This document shows positions 1-13,669 of a stretch of DNA of 64,000 bases, one piece after another. Under the pieces are notes generated by a model that saw nothing but the letters and a program-made list of their open reading frames with translations, did no database searches and had not been told where the DNA came from. The stretch spans positions 62,001 through 126,000 of the forward strand of contig QPMI01000092.1 in assembly GCA_004431415.1 (NCBI GenBank), read 5' to 3'. Position 1 is the stretch's first letter, and the number at the start of each line of letters is the position of its first letter. The stretch comes from Cyanophora paradoxa CCMP329. Its lineage: Eukaryota > Plantae > Glaucophyta. The translations under genes were made by a program, and so were the position numbers.

Positions 1-1150
1 CAGGGTGAGGTCGAGACGAAGATCGCCAGGCAACATCAATTCTCGTCCAAAGTGCAGAGCGGCGGGTGAAAAACCAGTGGCAGCGTGAATCGTGGTCCGG
101 AGAGCGAAGAGCACGCGATAATGATAGAAAGGCCAATGGGAATTGTCCTCCCCGTTCTCATCGCAAAGAGCATACACCAAGCGCTTGTAAATGCCACCAA
201 GCCGCTCAGCACCGCCGTTCGTGGACTGGTGGGACGTGGGAGCGTAAATCAACCGAGTACCCTGGCGAGTCCAGAATTTGCCCCAGAGACTAGTAGGCGT
301 GAAGACCTTGGCGTTATCCGTGAGATACCGCTTGCAAGGGCCGTGATTCGCGTACACAGTTTGTGCAGCCCACTCACAGGCACGACCATCAGCCTCCGTC
401 AGCATCAAAATCTCAGGGTACTTGGTAAAAGCGTCGACGTCAATGTGCACAAGTGTGAAACGGTGAAGTCGACCGTTCTCAGAGGGCGCCATAGGGAAGT
501 GATCGGCTTGACGCAAGTCGCCAGGATGCTCAGACTCGATCACAGTGAATTGTGACTTCGGCTTCTTGTGAGCCTTGGCAAACTGACAGTGTCGGCACGT
601 CTTCACGTAGCGATGGACAGCAGTCGTCATGCCCGGCCACCAAAACCGTGAGGCGATGCGCCGAGCAACAATGGGGGCACCACGGTGAGCCCAGTCATCG
701 TGGTAAGCGTGAACAATCTTCTCCCGCCACTCTGGGGGTACAACGATCTGAGGCCGCATAGTGGGGAGCAAGGGCAACCGCAGTACGGTATCTTGCTCAT
801 CGATCGTGTACTGAGTAGCTTCACGAGCGAAGCGATCGCGTGCAGACTTGCAGAGAATGCAGCTCCCAAGCACCTCCGGGTCACGTTCACCAGCAGTGTA
901 GTGGGAGTGACAGCGCGCCAGGTTCTCCTTCTCGCGAAGAAGTGCGAACACCATCTGGCAAAGAGGGTCACGAGCCTGAGCCATGATGACCGCGGTCCCA
1001 TCGGAAACAAGTTCACGGATCGTCGGTGGCGGAGGAACGTCAACGAGGGGGCGGGGGCCCTCGCTCCAGGTGTCCATGACAACGGTGCCACGCGGCAAGC
1101 GAACGTGTGTCGGCTCATTCTGGGCGCCTTCACCTTCGTCCAGCGGGCGA
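1..1150 (-). CDS. Gypsy integrase (H2C2 zinc domain + rve DDE core), C-terminus off window; absent from ORF track
   Basis: Manual translation: AQARDPL...QIVVPPEWREKIVHAYHDDWAHRG...RFWWPGMTTAVHRYVKTCRHCQ; core QADHFP...VDAFTKYPE...YLTDNAKVF...HQSTNGGAERLGG...ALRTTIHAATGFSPAALHFGRELMLPGDL. Confidence 0.95.
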
Positions 1151-2449
1151 TAGCGCTGCTAGAAGTGGGATCAGGTCGCGGACGACCGAGGTCACGTTCT
1201 TGCTGCAGGAAGTGCATGTACTCTTCCTCGTCAGCAACGTCGAGATGCGACGGGGGCGCAATGGCATATCGAGACTGCCGTGAATTCTTGCCCTTGGGAG
1301 GCTTCACCCGCGGTACGGGGCATGCCTTGGCGTTCAGCGCCTTGCGGGATTGTCGCCGTCTGCGCCGCTCCTCCGGGGTTCGGTTCCGAACAGAGGGCAG
1401 GGGTACGAGCGCGTCGATCTCAGACGGGGTACGGCCCATCTCTGCCAGTTGGCGTCGCCGTTCGAGCGTCGTCGCCGTCCTCTCCCGCGAGGCTTCGTGC
1501 AGATCTCGGGCCGCACGCGAACGTCTGTCGCGATCACTGGCGAGGCGGTCAGCGTAGTCCTTTTCAAGCCGTCGCTGGTATTGGCGCGGGACACTCCAAG
1601 CCGTGCTCCGTCTTGAGTTCGACGTTCCGTCGGACGCCGAGGACTGCGAAGATTGGCCGTCATCCGTGAGGGCCCGGCGTCGTGCCCGTTCCACAGAGTC
1701 GCGTAGCGTGCGGTCAGCTGCTTGACGATCGAAGCCTCGCAAAGATGGACGGGGTAGCGACGGCTCGCTCTCCTCGTCTGTACCCCCTCCCCCTCCTTCC
1801 GGTGACTGAGACCGAGGCCTCCGGGCCGAGCTCTCCCGTCCTCGAGCTTGAAGCCCGTCAGCGGAGCTCTCCTGTCCTCGAACTTGAAGTCGGCGGCGGC
1901 GACCCTCGGCCGGTAGCCAGGCCGCGCCGTCGAGTGTATGCTCGAGGTTCGTCACCCCGCGGCGTCGCCGTGCAGGAGGGCCGTCGCGCCCGCCTCGTCT
2001 GCCGCTGCGGCCGGTGCAGGCGTGTCAACTTCCATGGGTACGACGTCGGGGGCAGAGAGGGCGCCGTTCTCGTGGAGCCGTTCCAGCGTGATCTGGGACT
2101 CCACGTCTTCCAGGCCGCCGTTCTCGACGATGTCACGCACTCGCTGAGTGTCGGGCGTCAACGACCTTGGACGTCGCCGTGAAGTCTGAGGGTCGTCGCG
2201 GTCTCGGCGCGGTGGCGCCGGGGCAAGGTGCTCGGGTCGCGTGGTGGCGCGGCGTCTATCCCCAGTAGGGATCCACGCCGGCCCGTCCAGAGTATGTTGC
2301 AGGGCCGAGGAGGTGCGGTGGATGGCGACGCGGTAGAGTTCGCGTGGATCGTCGTAGTCTCCCGCATCGGGCACACCGAACCCGTGAGCGCCGTCTGGTA
2401 TCGAAGTCGTGATGTCAGTGCCGTCAGCGCCGCCAGGCTTGTACACTGC

Positions 2450-3110
2450 GTGCGTCTCCGCAAGGCGAGAGCAGCAGTCCGCAACGACGTTCGACCGCCC
2501 GTTGCGGTACTCGATAGTGTAGTTGTAGTGGTTGAGGGCGATGGCCGCGCGCCCAAGCGTCTTGTTGTTCGCCAGCTCCTGTGTCTTCAACCATTGCAAC
2601 GCCGAATGATCCGTGCGGATCGTGAACGGGTGGCCGCAGACGAAGTAGTGGTGCCAGACCTTAACCGCCCAGAGTACCGCAATGCATTCGCCCTCCGTTG
2701 GTGATTGGTACTTGCGCTCCATGTTTGTCAGAGTACGACTGATGAATGCGATCGGGCGCTCGCGGCCGTCCTTGTCCTCCTGCATGAGCACCGCTCCATG
2801 GCCCGTTTGCTCCAGTCCGTGTAAATGATGAACGGCTTCGTGAAGTCGGGCAGCATCAGCACAATGTCCTCGCACATCGCCTTCTTGAGGTCGTCCAACG
2901 CAGCGAGAGCCTCGTCATTCCACACCAAGTTGAGCCGGTCGGCTCGTAGTGCGTCCGTGAGGAGGTCTCGCAGGGAAAGTTCCCGTCGCGCGTAACTCTG
3001 TACGAAGCGCCGGTAGAAGCCCGTGAGGCCGAGGAAACTGCGGAGTTGCTCGACAGTCTGGAGTTCGTTCGCCGTGATCTTGGAGATGATCTCAACCTTC
3101 TTGGGTCCAT
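2450..3110 (-). CDS. RT connection + RNase H (Ty3/Gypsy), split by 1-nt indels
   Basis: LRSFLGLTGFYRRFV; LPDFTKPFIIYTDWS; IAFISRTL..ERKY; EGECIAVLWAV; IRTDHSALQWL; NVVADCCSR. Confidence 0.93.
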
Positions 3111-4175
3111 GCGAATGCCGTCGCTGCTGACACGGAATCCGAGCAGCTCGACTTCCCGCACCATGAAACGACATTTGCTGGGCTTGAGTTTGAGGTTACC
3201 GCGGTCGATCGCAGCGAAGAAGGCCTCCAGGTCGAGAAGGTGTTGTTTGACGTTCGGCGAGTGGACCGTGAGGTCATCGACGTACGCCACGACGCAGGTG
3301 GACAAAAGGTTGCCCAAAATTGACGTCACGGCTCGACAGAACGCCGCTGGGCCGTTCGTGATACCAAAAGGGGTCACTTTCCACCTGTACATTCCCCAGG
3401 GGACGATGAATGTCGTCAGGTCACGTGACTCCTCGTCGAGTTCCAACTGCCAGAAACCCGACGTTGCGTCGCCAGTCGAGAACGTGGACGCACCCTGTAG
3501 GCGCTCCAATTGGTCCTCAATGCGTGGCAACGGGAAGACATCACGTTCCGTGAGGGAATTGAGCTTCCTGTAGTCGACGCAGAATCGCATCGTGCCATCC
3601 TTCTTCGGTGCCAGCACCACGGGGCTGCCGAAACCAGCTTGCGAAGGCTCGATGAGACCGTCGCGTAGCAGCTTCTCGATTTCCGCCTTCGCAGCCTTCT
3701 CCGCAGGCGGAGAGAGCCGGCGAGGGACGGTGTACAGCGGGAGGTGCTTGGCGGGGACGCCGGGCAGAAGTCGGATGCTGTGCTTGTACTTCAGGAGCTC
3801 GCGTGGATTGATGTTCTGGGCGAAGCAGTGCTGGCGTTGCGTGAGAAGGTTCTGGAGTTGAGTGCGATCCTCGGGAAGGGCGTCGGGGTTCGACTCCGAT
3901 GGTTTCAACAGGGCGTCCACCATCGCCTTGATGGTCTCGGGCGATGGCTTTGTAGGAGGCGCAGTGTCACTCGACGGGGGCTCCATTCGAGCGTCGGCAT
4001 TGACGGACGCGATGGGCACCGTGGGGCCGACTGCGGGGCCAACCAGCATCGGCTCGGAGTCGAAGCGGGCGAAGTGAGGCTCGAAGAAACTGGCCAGCTC
4101 CATGAGCTCCTTGTCGTTGAAGTGATCGCCGGTTCGAGCAGTGTAAGGGGTGACGACACGTGCGACGTACGACAT
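3100..4175 (-). CDS. pol: Reverse transcriptase (Ty3/Gypsy)
   Basis: SPVVLAPKKDGTMRFCVDYRKLN, FPLPRIED, DATSGFWQ, PFGITNGPAAF, YVDD, LKPSKC. Confidence 0.97.
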
Positions 4176-4489
4176 GAGACGCTCGCTGGCCTCGTGGGAT
4201 AGCGGGATGTCGGCAGCAGCATCGACGGAGCCAACATGCGCCGCCTCGCCCTCCTTGCAGTTGGGTTCGGGCGGTCGTCGGTGGTAGACCTCCGGGTAGA
4301 GGCGTCGGGCTCGGGAGATGTAGCGCCGTGGTTGCGAGCGTCGGGTACGACAACAGGCTTGAAGTTCTCATAGATTTGCGCGGCTACGGAAGAGATCGGG
4401 AATGTCAGTTGTTGTTGAGGTGTCCAGGAGCTGTAACACCCCTTGGGGTAGGTCTCGACATTCTCGTGTGGACGGAATTCGGACTCCGG

Positions 4490-4780
4490 CCAAGTCCCGA
4501 ATTCAGTCTCCGCAATCACAGTTCCGGCTCGCAGGCGGACAGGCCGCCTGTGAGGGTTGCAGATCTGCACGAAAAACGTGCCGTGTGCTGGGTTGCGGTG
4601 AATTTGGTATGGCACCAAGAATTCGACTTCGTCGGCTCCGTCGAAGCCGTCGTCGTCGAGGAGGAGTGGTGGCGGAGTGAGGAGGACTTCCGGTGCGCCG
4701 AGAGTCGTGTTCGAAGTCGTTTGTGGCATGTAACATCGAACGAGCGATTCACCCGGCCGTACAGTGATGTCCTTCGCCAA
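4490..4780 (-). CDS. Degenerate dUTPase-like linker between PR and RT
   Basis: DITVRPGESLVRC...VQICNPHRRPVRLRAGTVIAE resembles the beta-rich dUTPase-like relic seen between PR and RT in many Gypsy pols; catalytic motifs not visible. Confidence 0.4.
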
Positions 4781-4849
4781 TCGGACCAGAACGCCGCCGT
4801 CGTGCTGGCCCGCAGCCGAAAAGGGACGTGGAATCGTTCGCCATCCGAG

Positions 4850-5230
4850 GAGTCAGGCGACGTGATCGTCATTCCCCAATTTGCTGGGTCGAGCACGATG
4901 TGAGCGTTGAGCGCCACCAGCGTTGTGAGGCCGAGTAGCATTGGAGTGTTGCCCATGAGACCAGGCGCGACGACGAGGACCTTCCGCGGAATTGTGACCG
5001 GACCAACCTTAATTGCAATGAATGCGATGCGCGCATAGGCAGTCATGTCCGTTCCAAAGCCGGTGAGGTGCACGCGCGGAGCGTTGCTGTAGCGAAGGCC
5101 TGGCAGTTTGTCGGCGATACTGCCGTCGAGTACGTCCGCAGCGGCTCCTGTATCCACCAATGCCTTGGTGAGGAGGTATTGAAGGACTTGTCGTCGGTGA
5201 TCGATAGCGGCGATGTGCAAGTTGACGCAG
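4850..5230 (-). CDS. Retropepsin aspartic protease domain (in ORF 4516..6228)
   Basis: KALVDTGAAADVL ... LTGFG ... PMLLGLTTL. Confidence 0.9.
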
Positions 5231-8200
5231 ATTCGGCCGTCGTTGATGCGCTCTCTGAGCGTGCGGTTCGTGTCCGTCATTCGCGCAATGGGGTGTGGTA
5301 CTGACGGGCCGCCGTCGCCGAAGAGGGGAACGTCAAGGGGGTCCTCGACGTCGTCAAATCCCAACATGCGTGCCGCGCAGACGCGAAGCGAGGCGAGGTA
5401 GCTCTGCTCATACGGTGTGCACGGTGTCGAACCGGAGATGACGCTGGCTGGCGGGAGCGGTGCCGTCCGCTTGAGGCGAGGTCGCTTCCGCGTGGTTGTC
5501 CGCCTGTGCACGTTCATGAGGACGTCCGTCGCGGCGAATGGGCGTGCCCTGCAGGGAGCTGCCGACAGACGCAGCGGGGGCCGGTGATTGCGCATTGTGG
5601 CTGAAAAGTATCCGACGCCAAGGATGGGCTTGCAGTCGGCGTTTGCGAGCTTGTTGAGGTGGCGGTTGCTGGGCCAGCCATAGTGAATCTCGTTGATCGC
5701 GTCAACTTCGGTCCCCGCTGCGCCATCCCGTCGTTCAGCCGGCCGGTAGCCAGGCTCTCCGGGGGATCGGAACGGGATGGCTTCGCGGTGGCGCGAGAGA
5801 GACGCCCGGAGATATTTGACGAGTTGGGGCCAAGCGTGGCGGAGGCGCGTGTCGCGTTGGAGTACGTGCCGCTCGTAGAAACGTGTCCGTTGAGCGTCAT
5901 GACTACGGAAGTCATTGTGGAGGACCACGTCCCACGCCGCGAGGCCGATTGAATTGAGGATGAAGGCCGCCCGAGTGAACAAGGCGCGAGTGAAAGCGAG
6001 GTCGGCTGACAGGCCCTGAGAGGTTGTGAAATCCCACCGAAAGTTCTCGATCTCGTGGAGCGTCTCCAGGATTGCGTGGGCGTTGAGTTGGTGAGACCGC
6101 TGAAGCGGCGACCAGTCGTACAAGTGATAACTGGCAGCGAATTCAGGGTCCTCGAAGGCACGGTGTCGCGCGGACGTGATCCGCTCGTAGTCCGGTCCCC
6201 GTCCAGAGTAGAGGAGCCAGCAGCCCATCGTGAGATCCGTCGACGTCCTGGGATTAGTGAGGTCGTTGTATGCGATCGTGTACGTGTGCTGCCGTGTGAG
6301 CGGTCCAAGGAGGCCGTGGGGGCGAACGCGGACGACTGCACGCGCGAGGCTAGGCTCGGCGTCCCGGCCGACGGGGTCTCCGATGGAGCTACGGACTCGG
6401 CGGTGGAGCCACCACTGTCCGAGCTGGAGTCGTCGCCGTCAGAGGTTCCCGTCGTCTCGGTCCCCGTAGGACTACGACGCGGAGGCCTGTTACTGCCAGA
6501 TGGCTTGAAGACAACACCCTGGATGTGACCGAAGCGTGCCAGTCCCGTCGGCTCGTTGGTGCGCAGATCCTTGAAGTCGGTCGACCAGACGACGAAGGGT
6601 CGGACAAAGGGCTTGCGCGCAATCCCAGGGTTCCGACGAATGTACTCGTCCGTGCCCACGAGCTTGATCTTGCCGTCGAGGCGCGGGTCCCAAATGTACG
6701 CGCGCGACTCCTCTGCCTTCGTCGTAGTGATGTAGTTCATGATGTTAGTGAAGCGCGTGCGGCCTTCGTACGGGTCGACAGGCGCGCCGTGGGGGCCGTG
6801 ACCAATGTAAATGTGGGGGATCTGACGAAGGAGGCTGTCGTTGTCCGGATCGCCCAGGGAGTGACGCAGGGGAGGACGTCGACGATCTGTACCGCCCGGT
6901 AGGCTTCGCGGCTAGTGAACGTGATGGGCCGCCTCGTCGCCGCGTCGACGGTGGCGTGATTGTAAACGAATTGTTCCAACCAACCGTGGAGTAGCGCCCG
7001 CGCCTGCGGTTCGCGACTGAAGATGGCGGCGCCGAATTCATTGTAGAATGGATCGAATGTGAAGTTGCCATATTCGGCGTGACGGAATTGCTCGTGTATG
7101 TCGGCGTATCGCTGTTCGAAATCCATAATAGCGTTGCGCACTGCGCTCGCGTTGACGTCATAGACACTGGGACGATGCGGGTGTGACGGATCGTTCGTGG
7201 GATCGAAGTCAGCGCCCCGGACTTGGGCGTTGAGTGCGTTGATGACTCCATCCGGGAGTCGGAATGCTACGGGCCAGCAGTGGTTTCGATCCATGTCGAC
7301 ATCTTCGCGAGCCGCCGGGGGTGTCTCGTGCTTGATCTGGACCGCCAACCAGTCGTTGGTTGCCTTGTGCAGTAGGGATTCGAAGGCTGTGATTAAATGT
7401 GCCGGGTCGACGCGTTCGCAGTCAGGGTACTCGACCTCGTACCATTTGTCGAGTTTGGCACTGCGCGCCACTTCGCCTGAAGCCGTGAAGCGGAAGTGCA
7501 GCTCATCCTCGTGGCTACGAACGTAGTCGATGATGATGTTCCCGAGTTCCCCCGGTAGGGGCTCGAGGAAGAACGACAAGGCACCGTGCAGCTTGACTGC
7601 CGCCGCCAGGTACGCTGCGATTCCGTACACCCAAGTGTGTACCGAAAGCGGGAACCCCAGGACCTGGTGGACGACGGGGGGCGTTGCAGGCGCGGTGCCC
7701 GTGGGCCCGCGACGACGCAGAGACACGACGACGCCCCCAGGGCCAGTGTAGTCATTGACGGACACCGGGAAGTACTTGGGGTCGGGGCCGCACGGGTGCG
7801 GCCCCGCCGCCTCGTTTGGGGGTTTCCTCGTGCCCGCGATGATCTGCTGCCAGGTGTTCCGGTTGTTCGCGTCGAAGATAGTGATGTGCGAGCGGTTCTG
7901 GATCGTGTTGGGGGCACCGCGGCTGGGTCCGGCCGGTGCAACGTGCGTGAATCGGACGATTCGAGGGCCGCACAGGTCAGCATTGGCCGGCGTAAGAGTC
8001 ATGGGCGGCGCGTTGAGGTCGTCGGGCATGGCAATCTCGTAGAAGCATCGTTCGACATCTTGACGTGAAGCGGAGTCACGGAGGTGCGCGTGGTTGTCCT
8101 CGTCGTAGATGCAGTCGAAGTAGTCGGCATACTTGTTGGCCGGGTGGAACTCGTCGGCGGCCGTGATCAGGAACGATCGGAAGGGCAGGCCCGCGCGGTT

Positions 8201-11200
8201 GTGCTGGCTGAGTTCGCCATGGCCGGAGCACCGGCGCGGTACGGGTAGGTGCCGGGGCCGACGCCGTAGCGTAGGACACGACTGAGTGCTCGCGAGAAGT
8301 TCGACCAGCGTACGTGCATCTTCATGAGGAATGGGCGCATGTACGGGACGCGCCGGAGAAATGCCTCGAGACCAGAGTCGCCGAGTTGCACGTATGGCAT
8401 GTGGACCTCACCTAGGACGTGCATGTACTTCTTTGTCGTGGTGGCGGGATGAACTGGGGGTGGGTCCCGAGTCGGGATTCCCTCCAGCTCTTCGACCGGC
8501 GGCGGCTCCGGGAGCTCCTCCGGTCTGTGCCCGTCCTCCACAGTGAGCTCCTCGGTCAGATCAGCCGTCTGTCCGAACGGGGCTGGGCCTCCGAGGATGT
8601 GAGCCGCGACGGCGAAGATGTGGGGCGCGTGTCGCCCATGTTCCTGGATCGTTTTGCAGTACGCTGTGGCCAGGAAGTCCGTGTTCGTGAAGAGAAGCGG
8701 TGTCATGAAGATGTGATAGGAGGTATCCCGTCCCGGATCAGTATCCAGAGGTAGGAAGTCACCTCCAGCTCGCGTCTCCTCGGGGCTGTATGTGCGCATG
8801 CCGTACGGGAGTGGGGGCGAGGATTGTGGAGACGGATTGGGTACCAGTCGTTGATCGTTTGGGCGAATAATTCCCCGTTGATGTGATTGTTGCGCCGTCC
8901 AAAACCCGCATAGAACGTGTCGCGCTCGTTCTCCGTCGAATCAGGTCGCGGTTCCCGTCGGACCATCACGCCGCTCAGATCCGGCCACACTCCGTGCTGG
9001 TAGCCAGCGCCGTCGACGACCGTGAAGCCCTTCGCCCATTCCTCGTTGAGGAAGGCCCAGAAATAGACGTCAGGAATGTCAGCGTTCTCCGAGAGTAGCA
9101 CCTCCTTGAAAGGAACAGTGTGGAGTTCGCTCAAAATTCTGGAGATGATGGAGTCGACCTCCTCGGGAGTGAGCCGGGCGGCCTTGCGCTCCTTCTTCTG
9201 CAACTTCTCGTCATTCGGTCGCTTCTTGCGGGGGCGCTTGCGCTCTGTTCCGTAGACCATAGCGCGGGCACGAAGCCCGAAGTACGTGTTGGAGTTCCAG
9301 AAAGTGTCCTTGCTCATGTCGTCGACAAGTCCAACGAGGGAATCCCAGTCAGGAACGCGAGGCAAGATGTCGATGCCGTCCGACGTCCACTGTGTCAGGT
9401 ATCCGTACTCGTCAACGTCGCGCTCAGGGGCCGTGGGACCGGGACGGCGAGAGGGTCGGTGACGGGTACCATCGGACTGGGGAGGACAGGGAGTAGGTGA
9501 TCGCGGTAGCGCGGGTAAAGCATGCAGTAGAACAGATTCAATCGATGCTCGGCGTCCAGGAGGAAGGCCCGTGTTACCGCCAAGCGCTGGGTGGTCGTAG
9601 CCTTGCTAAGTGCAGTGTCGAGTCGAGCGACGAGGCCGAAAGCAAGCTTGCTCGCAGTACGAGTGCTTGACTCCGTCTCGAGCTTGTACGCGCGACGCAT
9701 GGCCTCGAGAGTCAGCTGGAGGATATGGGAGCGCCACGCAGTTTTGCACGCCAGGAGCGCCGCCTCTTCAGGGTGCACCATTATGTAACGGTCAGAGTTG
9801 TAATAGAGCTCGACAGCTGGCTCGGGCTGCTTCGGGGTGAAGACGGGGGCGTGCAGTCGCGATTCGAGACGGATCGGTTTGCCCTTCTTGGCGAGTTGAC
9901 GCTTGTGCATGAACGTAGTGATTGACATCGCGACAACGGTGGTGTCATGTAGCTCGGCGAGCCTTGCCAGCGCAGTCGTCTCCGTGACAGACGCGGCGAC
10001 GACGTTCGTGAAATTTGAGGGGAGGACGCCGGAGCGGTGACGGGACAGTCCGTGCCGAAGACAGTGGTGTAGGTCGGACTCGCTGACGGGGGCGTGCGCA
10101 GACGATGGACATCGCGTGCCGCGACCACTGCTAACTGGCTGTTCAGCCGGATCTCCTCCGCGAGCTCGGCGGTCGCCCGCTGGTTCGTAGCCGGGTTCGC
10201 GTCGGATTTCGGGTTGAAACGGGACGTGTAGTAACGGCGCAGGAAGTTGCCGGGGCCCTCGACGTCGGCTGTGATGTTGACGAGGCGGAGTACGTTCTCG
10301 ACTTGCTCGGTGAGCATTGACAGCAACGGCGCGTGACTCGTCGGCCATGGACGGTCGGAGCTCGGTGCTGGGTCACGAACGTCGTAGAGGTGAGCAAATC
10401 GGCTATCCCCGTAGCGGTCGCGCGTCTCGTCCCACTTGTAATGGTCGAAGTATGCAGCGATGTCCCACGCCCGCGCCAGGGCCGTCGAACGCATCGACAA
10501 GGCGATGTCGGGCGGCGGTGAACCGTGTCGAAGCGTAGACAGATAGATGTCGTCAGGTCCTGTGAGCGGGCCGTGAACTTGACAGTTTGGACCAGTTGCC
10601 TGATTGTTGCAAGGCGCGTCGCCGTGTTCGTGATCTTGTCGAAGTTCAAGAACCGTTCATCGCTCTCCGTCATCTCCACGTCGTAGTGCAGCGTCCGGAG
10701 ATTGCGGGCAAGGTTGACAGCCACCTGAAGGATGCACGGTACGACTGGAGTCTTGGACTGGTGTACAAGAGTGAACTCTGTCGGTGTCAAACCAAACAGC
10801 TCCAGCATCTCTGGCCGTCCGAGGACATCGGCGAGCGGGTCGTTCGGGTGAGGCCACGTGGTCGCCGTCTCCCCAGGCGCGAAGGGCTGAGCCCGCGCGA
10901 GGCGCATGATGACGTGGATGACGGAGCGGAATTCGGTCAGATGTTGAAGGAGGTAGTGAGCCTGGTCACTCGGGCGAGTACCCAGCAACGGTTGCCCAGT
11001 AGGCGTGTTGCTGCGGGCAGCTGCGAGGTGCATGCAGCTCGTGAGCTCGCTGGCGGCGAAGAGGGTCGGCGTCTCAGGGGTCTTGCGCCAATCCGTCGTC
11101 GTCGTTGTGACCATGAAGCGTCGCGGCGTGTCCAGGTACGCACGCAGCTGGTTGTGCACCACGGGCTTGAGGCGAAGGATCGTCCAGGCGTGGCGGTGTC

Positions 11201-13669
11201 CAAGGTCGGCGGCCACGTCCTTGATCTCGGGCTCCGAGTCGCTGGACGTGTCTTCGTCGGTGTCAGGAGGACTGTCACGGTCGTCGTGAGGGCTCGGCAA
11301 GGTCGGCGTGTCGACGATGATCCCCTCGAAACGCGCGGGTCGCCCATGGGCACGTCCTCGGTCCTCTCAGTGCCCGACGAGTCGGCAGTCGTCGAGTCAG
11401 GCATCGACGCGTCGGTCGGTGCAGTGTAGTCGGGGTGAAGTGACGGGATCGGCAGCATCGGGGTTGGGCCGGGCTCTGCGGCGGGGCCGCCGTCACAGTC
11501 GTGGCCGGGGCTGGCGGGGCGTCGGACGGGGCCAGTAGCTCAGGCGCAGGCGACGGGGCCGTCGAGACCGCAGCCACGGCCGTGGGGGACGGGACGCTGT
11601 GCGGGGTCGTCAGCGAGGTCGCCATCGCCGGTGCGATGGGCGAAGCATCTCGAGCGGCCGTCGACGAGACCGGCGTCTCGAGAGCGGGCGTCGGGGCCAC
11701 CGGAGTCGTTGTCACGGGTGCAACGGGCTGGGCGTCCGGAGTCGTCGTCGCGGGTGCAACGGGCTGGGCGTCCGGAGTGTCCGTCGACGAGGCCGTCACC
11801 TCGGGCGCAGGGGTGGGTCGTTCCGCGGGGCCGGGGGCTCCGGGGCGTCGGTCGGCGGTGTCACCGGTGCCGTTGGGCACGTCATGTCGTCGTCGTGGTA
11901 GTGAGGGTTGCCCGGGGTCTGGGCCGGCTGGTATGAATCGGGAGCGCGCGGCCGCGGCCCCTGACCGTTCCCCGTGCCTCGCCGATTGGCGCGGTGGAGC
12001 CTGTGCTGCCGCAGTACGGCGACGGGCGTCCATGGTGCGGCCACGAGCAATACCACCGATTGCAGCCTGCAAGTAGGGGGCTTGCGCCGCGGCCTGCACC
12101 GGGTCCTCTCCCTTGGCAGCTTCGGCGTCGAGGCGAGCCTGCAGTTCACGTGCGAGCTGTTCGTCGGCCAGCAGCTGCGCGTGCTTGTCGGGCGGAGTGG
12201 TCGGGGACGGCGTTCCAGGCGTGCGGCGACGAAGGATGTCTGTCAACACGTTGTGGACTTCGAGGTACCTCGCCGAAAACTGCGTCGGGTCCCGAAGTCG
12301 CGCGTTCTCGGCGGCGAGTCGCAAGTACTCCATGTCGACGTCGTTGGTTCGGAGAGTGAGATGCGGCTTAATCTTGTCCCGCTGTCGAGCCGGCCAGTCG
12401 TGTAGAACGGCAGCGACGTAAATCGACGCCAACTTGCGGCTCACTCCCCCAGCTGCAGCGACCGTGGTCTCAGGCACCGGGTAGGGCGGAAGATCAGTTG
12501 GTGTCGGGCCGAGGCGCGTGTTCGGCTCATCGACGGGGTGCATTAACGCGTGAGCATGGTAGAACGCCGGTGCCGACAAGCAGACGGGAAGCGACGCGTT
12601 CACAGTCGTTCGCGCGAGTCGGGACGTGTCCTGCCCAGAGGTGTTGACAACTCCCGGGGCGAGAATGATTGGCCGAGTGCCTATCGGTCCAGTACTCGCG
12701 TCGCGAACGCCAGGCCGGAGGGTGCTGGCACGGACGGTGAAGGGGCTGACGTCGACGTTAAGGAAGATGTCAGCGACCCGAGGCCAGTCGTCGTTCCCCG
12801 TCAAAGACGTCGTTCCCTGTGGGGTGATATCCATTAACAGACCGATAATCCGCAGGAAGAGCGTCTTCATTTCCATCGTCACTCCGTACAGAGCGTCGAG
12901 CGTGATGTCCGCCGGTGCATCGTCAGGTCGCAGAGTACTCGGGTACGGCGTGCGCTGGCGTGAGGTTGGCGACGGTACGGGCAATTGCGGACGAACTCCA
13001 TGTACGGCGGCGTTGTGCAGAGGCGGCAGTGCTCCTGAAGCTCGACGTTAGTCATTGTCACCGTGTTGCCCGTGGTCGAGTCGATGTACTCGTAGTAGCG
13101 GTGCGCAATGCTGATCACTGATGCACGGAGCCGGTGGTTCACGATGACGGGTGAGCCATCGGGGCCGATGCTGCACGTGTGGCACGGTGCAGGCATGTCG
13201 ACTGGCGACAGGAAGAGAAGAATTTGCTGTCCCCCAACACTGACCATGATCTTCTCGACCGTGCGAGAGGCGAAGACGCGGTCTCCACCCTCGCGCTCAT
13301 ACCTCCCCGCTGCCTGGTGGCGACGAGCGATGAGCGTGATCGAGTCTTCCGCAATGTCCATCAGCATCTCGCGCAACTTCCGGTTGCGGTTGATGGGTCA
13401 TTGTCAGCCCTGTCCTCCGACGCCTTGGGCCGCAGTACGGCGGGCGCGGGTGGAGTGGGCGTGGTCGGCGGGACGATTGGCGTCTTGTCCTCAGGGCGAG
13501 GCCCTCTGCCGTCGCGACAGAGCTGGGTCCGGCGACGGGGTCGGTCGGAGCGTTTGCCGCGACGAAACGAGCGTAGGCGTCAGCAGCCTTTGCCGAAGTC
13601 GCGTCAGGGCCTGAGGCGAACCGTAGCTCACCCTCGCGCTCGAGAATGTAGACGAGAAGTAGGATCGTA
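5230..13669 (-). CDS. Retrotransposon polyprotein, large uncharacterised region (copy 1)
   Basis: ORF fragments 13297..13683, 12879..13376, 11275..12984, 10143..11300, 9781..10500, 9395..10348, 8703..9365, 8167..8799, 6737..8029, 5514..6740, 4516..6228 join into one frame when homopolymer indels are corrected with copy 2 (e.g. ...TNPRTSTDLT-MGCWLL..., ...RTRFTNI-MNYITT...). Two joins (~10020, ~9428) need an extra C absent from both copies. Confidence 0.75.
13664..13669. other. Target site duplication ATCGTA (left, copy A)
   Basis: Identical 6-mer at 30586-30591 and 55967-55972, each abutting a TIR. Confidence 0.95.

Noticed and set aside
1-1955. DIRS/Ngaro tyrosine recombinase
   Set aside because: Manual translation shows an H2C2+DDE integrase; the C-terminal half of ORF 627..1955 is out of frame.
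7520-7570. F-box-like LPGELGNIIIDY motif
   Set aside because: Too short, and the rest of an F-box consensus is not evident.
600-13669. Pseudogene or programmed-frameshift interpretation of the breaks
   Set aside because: Breaks examined fall in G/C homopolymers and differ between the two copies, consistent with sequencing error.
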